Origin: Eledone cirrhosa
Taxonomy: Eukaryota
DNA length: 64,000 nt
Assembly (NCBI GenBank): GCA_964016885.1
Contig: OZ024740.1
Location: 49,352,001 to 49,416,000, forward strand
Reading direction: 5' to 3'
Shown: positions 52,757 to 64,000 of the stretch, one piece after another
How positions within the stretch are numbered: position 1 is the first letter of the stretch
Layout: each line of letters begins with the position of its first letter
Notes under the pieces: generated by a model
Databases searched by the model: none
Told to the model about the DNA's origin: nothing
The model's input: the letters and a program-made list of their open reading frames with translations, nothing else
Position numbers and translations under genes: made by a program

Positions 52757-53769
52757 TAAATATAAATCTATGCTTCAGTAAATAGGATATTGAAAGTTGT
52801 AAGATATTTCCTATCTTATATATATTTTACATATCTGAGTTATTAGTCTCAGTATAATGTCACACATAATAACTGTCATGATCGAATTAGTTTGTATAAT
52901 GTATCTGATATGTTTCAGTATACGTTTCTTTACATGTCTTTGTATTACTGTTTATAGCATATAAAAACTGGTTTCAAATGTAAGTTACTAGTATATAAGA
53001 TCAGTCTATATTTCATGTCGAAATATAGTAATGTTTCAATGATTTAAAGACAGTGCCACCCTATTTGTTAGGAGACGGTAGGATGTTTTCAACAGAAGTT
53101 TCATCCTATTTAACTGCAATTGATGGTACCACCATATACACTATCAGTTCTGACGGTGTGGTGAAATCAATTTTTAAATTAATAAGTCAACTACATTAGA
53201 ATGTCTTTACGCTGAATATAATAAATGTCACAATAACAAATATTTCTTTATGACGTCAAATGATCCAATTACTCAATATTCACATTCGTCACAATGGTAT
53301 TAGCTCAAAACAGACTATACCATTCCATTAGAAACCAACATTTTATTGAAGACTTCTGAATGTTTGGAATGGTTTTTATATAACAAATAAAACACACCTA
53401 TCCTAATACCACATTAAGGAGGTCGACTCCATTTTAAAGACATTACTCGTTGTAATATTTAATCAGTTGAAATAAAATGTGTTGAAACATGTCAGATAAA
53501 CTGTACAAATCAATTCAAGCATGACAGATGTTAGGTAACCATTTCACGCATTCAGAAAATTATCCCTGGACCAGTTTTGGGTTCCTGGTAAAAAGTATTG
53601 TTTATTTTCGATCTTAGGTTCGAATCTGTGTTGCGACTTTGATTTTGCTATTTCATTGCAGGTAAATCATGAAAACATCTTTCAAATTACTCACGCGACT
53701 AACTGCACATTTTAATGAATGTGATTATTGAATCATTAAATTACGTCATAAACAATAGATTGGTTTTGT

Positions 53770-54056
53770 AGGAGAATTCTATCCGGATAGTCCTTTCGTG
53801 TTGGATATTGTTCGTCTAAGAAGGATATGTTTTGCGGGACATTGTTACAGGGCAAAATACGAGTGCTTCAGTCGTGTTCTTTTATGGAACCCTGCGATGA
53901 TCATACAAGTAGAGGTCCTCCTGCAATAACGTATATGGATATGATATATGCTGACACGGGAAGAAATTGAACGGATCTTGGAGTGATAGTGCTAGATCGA
54001 GACAAATGGAAAGAGTACTGTTTATTAGATCGAGGAAACTCGACTCGTGATTGAGA
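53770..54056 (+). mobile_element. RTE-clade LINE 3' end fragment inserted upstream of a tRNA relic
   Basis: FAGHCYRAK...VLLWNP...SRGPPAITYMD...LDRDKWKE in shifting frames; interrupts the array flank between ggttttgtag and taagggtata. Confidence 0.65.
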
Positions 54057-55463
54057 GATTCTTTAAGGGTATAATAAAGAGCTCGGGAAAGTTCAATTGG
54101 TTGACTCGACCACTGTAGTAGTGTTTTTGTTGACATTAGGATGATGGTTTAAATTCTCGCGAAATAGTGATTTTTGGGTTTTATTTTAATCATTATGCTA
54201 TATAAATCATGAAATCATCTCCCAAACAACAAACATCCCAGTATTTCTGTTTGTGTTTTTAAAGTACTCATCGCTTTTGCCAGCTACTGTCAACATTTTG
54301 TTCCTGTAAATGTCACTCAACACAATTCTATATTTCACACTATGTTAACTTTTACACATACCTTTACCTATAAAATCTATTTTTTCAATAACTGTGGAAT
54401 ACATGACATCTTTGTAAATTTATTCAGATATTAGTAACAATCATCATCTCAATGAAAGGTTGACTTATTCCAGAATCTTTCTCAGTAAGACAAAAGATAT
54501 ATACCTCAATATTGTGACAACACCAAACATTTAACCTCTAACTGTTATTATCTTTACATTTATCATTCTAAATATGAATATATACTCCCATAGATGTATT
54601 CAGTGTATCTCAGGATATAAAAAATTGTAAGATATTTCTGTACAATATTTTTTACCTTATACATATTTTACATTAGTATTATTTTCTCACCTGCAGAATT
54701 TACATCACAGCTGTCACCTCTTAACTAGGATGTACATGCTTCGAACATGTTTAGGTATAAGTTTCCATGCATATCTATACATATCCTTCGTATAAGTTTC
54801 TTTGGAATTTAATATATCTTTTCAAATGTATGTAGTAATATATACAGTCGTTATGTCTTTGATTCCAAGAATTTTGAAACAGTGTGTCTATATTTGATAG
54901 AGGACAGTAGAATCTTTGAACTGTAAATCTTCTGTCATTTAATTACAATTTATCACACCTCCAGAAATTATCAGTCTCCACTGAATTATAACTCATGTAA
55001 AATAACATTTTCTAGTTTTAACAAATGGACAGTATTACATTTCTCTTTCGGTTGATTAAATATTGTAAAATTAATTTCTTCGAAATGGAGTCGGCATCTT
55101 AATGCGATATTGAGATATATTGTCGTGCAAGTTGTAAAGAAACCAGTTGAAACTCTCAGAGATTAGTCTTGAATAAAAGTATGGTTCCTAATAAAAAAAA
55201 TATGTCAACAGTTTTGGAGTTAATACCATACATCTTCTTTCGAAGGTGAAGCATTCATCTTGCTTTTTCTAATGGATAGAATATACCCGGCTCGCCACCC
55301 CCGCAGTACAACCAAACTACAGGATATGTGTGTCATTGTAAAGAATGTGGTTATTAAATCATGAAATCTATCATCTAACCTCATAAAGAGATCATTGGTA
55401 TTGTAAGATTTTTTATTGTGAAACATATCAGATACACTCTACAAACTTATTCAATCATGGCAA

Positions 55464-56003
55464 TTGTTATGCAAACACTCCACACATAACCTAGCTAGGA
55501 ATATAGCCAATCACAATTCTAAAAAATTAAATAAGCCAACCACCTTCGAACCCAATCCCCGAACTGGCGCCTTGTGTAATTGCCTAAATAAGGAAGCCTG
55601 TCCACTTGAAAACAAATGCCTGACAAATGATATCGTATACAAATGCGATGTCATCTCAGGCACCGATGATTGCAACAACAAAAAGACTTACATTGGCATG
55701 ACTTCCAATAACTTTAAGACCCGGTGGTATACCCATACCCACTCCTTCAGAAGACCGGACAAATCAAACCAGACTACCCTCGCCTCCTATGTTTGGGACC
55801 TCAAAAGGAACTCCAGCTCCTTCACGCTTAAACGGAAAATACTCCAGAAAGCGCGCTCATACAACGGAGGACACAAGTGCTTCGACCTTTGTATCTCAGA
55901 GAGCTACGAAATTTTATTCGCCAAGGACCCGCTACTGAACAAACTCTCTGAACACTGCCCTAATTGCATACATACACACAAAAACTTTGAAACTTTCAAA
56001 TAG
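55464..56003 (+). mobile_element. Penelope-like element C, GIY-YIG endonuclease fragment (5'-truncated)
   Basis: CNCLNKEACPLENKCL..IVYKC...TYIGMTSNNFKTRWYTH...LCISESYEILFAKDPLLNKLSEHCPNC; same family as element B. Confidence 0.9.
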
Positions 56004-56299
56004 CTTAAGCCAGTGTTAATGCCCGATGGCTAACCCCCCCACTCCTTTTTTTAAACGCCAGCCGACAAAATAGCCCCTCTACGTTCTTCCCACCCCACCC
56101 CTACCCCTCCTTCACCTGAAACACGGCACTATGATTATCTAAGTACCTCTTACCTATCTGCATTTTCTGCTTGTAGAGCTGTTTTTATGTGCCTGTGTAT
56201 ATTTATGAGTACACGTTTGTATGTATTTGTTCGTTTGTATGCATATCGCTGTGTGTACGTGCGTTCACATGTATCTGCATTTGGGCATGTTTGTGTTGT

Positions 56300-56352
56300 T
56301 TGTGTGTGTATATATATATATATATATATGTTTGTATGTATGGGTTTATATG

Positions 56353-56423
<71 letters not shown>

Positions 56424-56624
56424 ATATATATATATATATATATGTGTGTGTATATATATATATATATATGTGTGTGTGTATATATATATATATATGTATG
56501 TGTGTATATATATATATGTATGTGTGTGTATATATATATATGTATGTGTGTGTATATATATATATATGTATGTGTGTGTATATATATATATATATGTATG
56601 TGTATGTGTGTATATATATATGTA

Positions 56625-56656
<32 letters not shown>

Positions 56657-56736
56657 ATATATATGGATGTGTGTGTATATATATATATGTATATATGTAT
56701 ATATATATATGTATATATATATATGTGTATATGTGT
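56300..56736. repeat. (TA)n/(TG)n microsatellite
   Basis: Seen directly. Confidence 0.95.
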
Positions 56737-57556
56737 CAGAGCATTTGTAGTTTTTCCAAATTGAAGGATGAGTATTTAAACTTTATTTTATTCTGAGTTA
56801 AGACTCTATTGATTTTTTTCCTGGATTTCACAAAATTCTGTGGATGAATCTGTCTTGATTTTTTTAAAATTGAGTTAGAATTATTTTCCCACATCTTACG
56901 TTAACTATTTTTCCATTTTGACGTTATAGTCACTGATATATTATGAAATACTGTTGGCTTCACACGAATCTTTTTCCTAGAGTGCTTAAAATTATTTGTG
57001 ACTAATCCCGGTCTTTTAAAAAAAAATCCGCGATAATATTGCTTTTTTGCTGAACTCCTTACATTTGTAGAGTTTTTTTTCGGAATGTTTTTTGACTGCT
57101 GTTTCCTGTAAACAAACATTCGTCTCATTCTGACGTCGCCAGCCATGTTTTCCATGTGCGTTTATTTTCATAATTACGCATAATGTAAACTAGCCTGCTT
57201 TTAAAATCCCTTTTGGCATATTATAACAGTGGTCCTAGAGTGATCGTGTTTTTGTGCTCCGCTGATGATCGACTCCAACCGTGACCATCCCCACTGATAG
57301 TTTCGTGGAATAGTCTTTTTAAGACAATACAGAGCATTTGTAGTTTTTCCAAATTGAGGAATGAGTATTTAAACTTTATTTTATTCTGAGTTAAGACTCT
57401 ATTGATTTTTTCCCTGGATTTCACAAAATTCTGTGGATGAATCTGTCTTGATTTTTTTAAAGTTGAGTTTGAATTATTTTCCGACATCATACGTTAACTA
57501 TTTTTCCATTTTGACGTTATAGTCACTTATATATTATGAAATACTGTTGGCTTCAC
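56737..57556. repeat. Partial tandem duplication (227-bp direct repeats at 56,737-56,963 and 57,330-57,556; period 593)
   Basis: cagagcatttgtagtttttccaaattga...tactgttggcttcac occurs twice; bounded by microsatellites. Confidence 0.9.
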
Positions 57557-57580
57557 GCTCACAATAATATATATACTTTC

Positions 57581-58975
<1,395 letters not shown>

Positions 58976-59571
58976 CAGGTCACCAGTTGGTGCTACTGGT
59001 AACATGTATTCCAGTAAAACCCGTCCTATGGTCGGGTCGTTGGCGACCAAACTGGCAACCCCAGCAAGGTTTCTTGGTGAGGAGGGTGACTTTGGAATCC
59101 TGCAGGACTAAAAACAAAACCTGTCAAAGAGCAAAGGAGCTCTTAAGAGTCAATGACCATCCAAAATCACCGGGAGGGATGACCCCTTAGCCTTTGTCAA
59201 GGCAGAATTCTAGGGGAAGGAAAACTCTGATGCAGCCCTGATGGTATCCAATGATGTTGACTTGTTCTTCCTTTTGGTAAATATCATCTTGGTTAAGAGA
59301 GTTGAACTGGCTTTGTGCAGTGCCTTTGCTCACTATAAAAGCTTCACGGCACAGGGATTGCTTTATATCTGGAGATCTCTCTGCACTTGTCGTCACATGG
59401 TACCATGGGCCCAGCACTATGTGTCAATAATTGTCACAAGTGTAGTGTTTGTACCAGAGTTTTCAAGTCGCTGGCTGGACTAAAGAGTCACACTCGTTCA
59501 GCGCATCGGTAGAGGTTCTCCTACATGGATATAAAGTAGTGGCCGTACTCGAAAACGAGTTGGCAGCCACC

Positions 59572-59572
<1 letters not shown>
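58976..59572 (+). mobile_element. Short non-autonomous RTE-type element (5'UTR-like start, C-terminal C2H2 finger, 3' hairpin, (ATGT)n tail)
   Basis: ctaggggaaggaaaactctga RTE-like 5' motif; 59,441-59,512 encodes [23 protein letters not shown]; 3' gtggccgtactcgaaaacgagttggcagccac. Confidence 0.6.
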
Positions 59573-60535
<963 letters not shown>

Positions 60536-60964
60536 TGTTGACACCTGGATTATAGCTTAAGTGAAATATGACTATAATGATAGACACCTAATATTTTGAA
60601 CTGGTTTATAGAATTCTCTTGGCCTTTGTCACTCTAAGTAGAGCTTTAAAGAATTAGCTTTTAAAGAATATCCCTTTTCTTTAAATACTTCAACCATGAC
60701 CGACCCACAACCATCTTATAGACACCTGAAATATAGGCATTGTTAGCTTAAGAGAAACTTAAAAATAAGGAGCTGCACCCAATTCTGCACCTGTTTATAG
60801 AATCCTTTCTGCCTTTGTCACTCTTAATATAAACTTTATACTTAAAGAATTAGCTTTTAATGAATTCTCTTGTCTTTCAACCAATGATCCCCACCCATCT
60901 CACTCCCACCCTCTCCTACCACCTAAAAAGATATAAATACCACTACATTTATTTTTGGAAACCC

Positions 60965-61009
60965 AGATTCCTGATGATTTCTAAAGAATGAAACAGTCCT
61001 GTAGAATCT
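60965..61009 (+). ncRNA. Type I hammerhead ribozyme motif
   Basis: agattc-CTGATGA-t.ttct aa agaa.t-GAAA-cag tc ctg-TA-gaatct; covaries with 37,294-37,344. Confidence 0.82.
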
Positions 61010-61011
61010 CA

Positions 61012-61040
<29 letters not shown>

Positions 61041-61048
<8 letters not shown>

Positions 61049-61138
61049 CGTAAAACAAGAAAATTATAAATTAACTTACTTACTATGATATTTTAGTAAG
61101 TAAGTTAATTTATAATTTTCTTATTTTACGTCTCTCAT
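61041..61138. repeat. 45-bp-arm hairpin next to (TA)n
   Basis: atgagagacgtaaaa...ttacttacta / tagtaagtaa...ttttacgtctctcat with an 8-nt spacer. Confidence 0.9.
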
Positions 61139-61251
61139 ATTATTGTTCTGCAACCCCATGCATTGAACCACAAAGTTACTAAGACAAAACCTATATATTT
61201 GCTAGCATTGATATGCATCTGTATGTATATATATGTTACTAGATATAAATT

Positions 61252-61388
<137 letters not shown>

Positions 61389-61408
61389 TCAATTAAAAAT
61401 CGCGATTG

Positions 61409-61471
<63 letters not shown>

Positions 61472-62014
61472 AATATTAATTAACCGACGTGTATATTATT
61501 TTTCTTTTCTCGTGACTCGTGATTGTCTCCCTTTCCCGCTTCATGACGCTATGATACTTCCTCAGTCAAAGGACTGCTGGAATTTCAAATTTGGCGGTCA
61601 TTCGATGCGTGAAGGGACAAATTAGCAGACACGAAAATTAACTGCGGTAAGAAATTTTTCTTATATCAAAGTTTAATGGGCTTCCACTGACGATTTATAA
61701 GTGCCCACCTAATTGTATTCTTACATGAAAATATATTAGGCTTCTACATAAACTGGAAATATTCTCCTAACTTGTAGAATACTTATAATGAAACAATTGT
61801 TTGGAAAGAAAGATATATTTTAATTTTAATTATATCTCATATAAAATAATACAACTGGCTTTCCACAAAATACATATAGTTGGCACCCCAGACACTAAAT
61901 TGGGTTTATACTAACGTATAACCTAATGTTTGTTGAGTGAGATGGTGACCAGTCGGAGTTTAGCGTAAAGCTTTCTCTGTTATTGTATTAATTATATATA
62001 TATAATGTAAATGT

Positions 62015-62170
62015 GGTTGGTGTTAGGAAGGGCATCCAACTGTAGAAAACCCGCCAGACAGTCCTATGCGAGCAAGACAACCACTCTTGTCTCAAGTGGG
62101 AAAACCCCCGTCCAAACCCATGCAAGCGTGGAACACGGACGCTAAACCTGATGATGATGATGATGATGAT
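62015..62170 (+). mobile_element. SINE 3' portion with (GAT)n tail
   Basis: gttggtgttaggaagggcatccaactgtagaaaac...ccatgcaagcgtggaacacggacgctaaacctgatgatgat. Confidence 0.65.
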
Positions 62171-62709
62171 ATATATATATATATATATACATATAAAATA
62201 AACACATCAAACAATCACAGGGGATAATTTGTAAAGAGTGTAAGCACACATAGTTACGTATGAAACAAATTAAAACGAGAACCTCATACCTAACAATAAT
62301 GATTGATCTCCTTTGTATATATTTTATTAAAGAAATATATTTCACCATTAATCGGTAAATCACAGAAGTCAAATTCCCGATCATCGGCGAAGGACGAGAT
62401 TTAACTATTTGTGCTTACACACCAAATGTAAATCAGGAAATGACGAAAAACATTTATATACCGCTCCGCCTTCAACCCAGTGACGTGAATAGGATTATCG
62501 ACTGCTAGAAATAGCAGCCAAGTCCTTTCAACTGAGATAAGCGCTACTATTTAGGAGCAGTATATATAACCAAAATTAAATTAAAGATGTCATGTTTGAG
62601 AAACGTGCGCCATACCCTCTGTAGAATAAGCTCAAAGATTCTAAGGAATAAATCAGAGCATTTATTAACATTCAATTAAAAATCGATTGACATAAATATA
62701 TATATATAT

Positions 62710-63148
62710 TAGGATTAGTGCTCTGAAATAGCGATGTATACATGAATGTATGTATAGTATATTTGTCAATACACCGTATGTTTAATTAAAAACATTTAGA
62801 AGACCATACGCTATCAGTTTTAAAGTAGTGACTATGTCATTTACTTCTTTTCGGCGAAGGAAGGGAGAGAAACTAACAGTCTGTTTCACGCTGATTGGCG
62901 TTCATCAAAGCCACGTACTCCCCTACTTTCACCGAAATTATCGAAGCTGGATTCTTATAGAATTCCAGTAATAATCAGGAGCTGATTATACAGAGCGATT
63001 GCCGGTCCAGCAAAAATTAGGTATTAGGATTGTTGATCTGAAATAGCGATGTATACATGAATGTATGTATAGTATATTTGGCAATATACCGTATGTTTAA
63101 TTAAAACATTTAGAAGACCATACGCTATCAGTTTTAAAATAGTAACTA
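62710..63148 (-). mobile_element. Partial tandem (~1.4 copies) of the ~315-bp hammerhead unit
   Basis: taggattagtgctctgaaatagcgatg... at 62,710 repeats at ~63,025; (TA)n on both sides. Confidence 0.85.
62871..62912 (-). ncRNA. Hammerhead motif, core C3>U, same family as 42,452
   Basis: Reverse complement: ggct-TTGATGA-acgc caatca gcgt-GAAA-cagactg-TT-agtt; stem II compensatory change relative to acac/gtgt. Confidence 0.65.
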
Positions 63149-63279
63149 TATATATATAGGAGGTGAGTTTTATTGTAGCACAATAAAGCAATGCAAATAT
63201 TGGATAAGTATCACTCAACAGTTTATTGGACTGGAGTATATATAAGAAGAAATTAAAAGATGGTTAAAAAAGTTCCATG

Positions 63280-63350
63280 TATTTTATTATGCGCATTTCA
63301 AAAGCAAATATCATCCTGGGACGATATTTGCGTTCTCATCAGATAAAATA
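63280..63350 (-). ncRNA. Inverted partner hammerhead, core intact
   Basis: Reverse-complement copy of 63,570-63,640. Confidence 0.85.
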
Positions 63351-63569
63351 GGGAGACATGATATGAAGCTTAAAAAACACTTGTGAGCAAGGTAGTGTCT
63401 AATCAACATTCCTTCTTTTTTCCTTTTTTTCCTTTCTTCCTCTTCCTTCCTTTTTTCCCCTTCCTTTCCTTTTTTCCAATCTTCTATATCCTTTTAAATT
63501 TATTTATCATATGATGATTAGACACTACCTTTGCCACAAGTGTTTTTTAAGCTTCATATCATGTCTCCC

Positions 63570-63640
63570 TATTTTATCTGATGAGAACGCAAATATCGTC
63601 CCAGGATGATATTTGTTTTTGAAATGCGCATAATAAAATA
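63570..63640 (+). ncRNA. Minimal type I hammerhead with long stem II
   Basis: tattttat-CTGATGA-gaac gcaaatatcgtc ccag gatgatatttgt tttt-GAAA-tgcgca-TA-ataaaata. Confidence 0.85.
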
Positions 63641-63673
63641 CATGGAACGTTTTTAACCATCTTTTAATTGCTT

Positions 63674-63741
<68 letters not shown>

Positions 63742-63815
63742 TTATTAAAGTTTACAAATGAATTAAACTTAAAGGTAGTTGTAATATGGGAATAGACCTA
63801 ACATTGTTATAGATT

Positions 63816-64000
63816 AGCTATTGGGTTTGAAATAGTGGAAAGAGTATCGGTGATAATGTGGGCACGTGGAGAAAATTTCTGATTTTCTATTTAGTAGGTT
63901 AAGATTAGAATAAATAATACTGCGAGACTCTAGGAGACAAAGGTTACAGAATTTGTTAGGTGGTTTATAAGAGGGGCCTTAGCTACCACTTACCATTCTA
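63816..64000 (-). mobile_element. Penelope-like element D, EN C-terminus (runs off the right edge)
   Basis: Minus-strand translation SYKPPNKFCNLCLLESRSIIYSNLNLLNRKSEIFSTCPHYHRYS; not in the ORF track. Confidence 0.8.

Larger units (their letters stand above)
63237..63683. repeat. Inverted repeat (arms 63,237-63,405 / 63,515-63,683) around a pyrimidine-rich spacer
   Basis: Direct reverse-complement match. Confidence 0.92.

Overview
AT-rich eukaryotic (animal) genomic DNA. It is probably cephalopod/octopus-like, inferred from the SINE types and dense (TA)n/(CA)n microsatellites. No intact host protein-coding gene is visible. Positions 1-~24.9 kb are a young head-to-tail array of a ~4,989-bp unit (about 5 copies, running off the left edge). 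Each unit carries two intact intron-containing tRNA-Tyr(GTA) genes, several decayed tRNA-Tyr copies and an RTE-LINE relic. Positions ~24.9-34.2 kb and ~46.2-55.5 kb are older, diverged, shuffled and partly inverted copies of the same modules, with more tRNA-Tyr genes/pseudogenes and SINE insertions. Positions 34.2-46.2 kb and 55.5-64 kb are microsatellite-rich nests of Penelope-like retroelements (RT plus C-terminal GIY-YIG). These nests hold 12 full-length type I hammerhead ribozyme motifs and one half motif, found and folded by eye. Eight of them sit in four short non-coding fold-back elements next to (TA)n. A distinct three-member set has an unusual U.U pair at the base of stem II, supported by compensatory changes. 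Most entries in the ORF track are microsatellite or tRNA artefacts.
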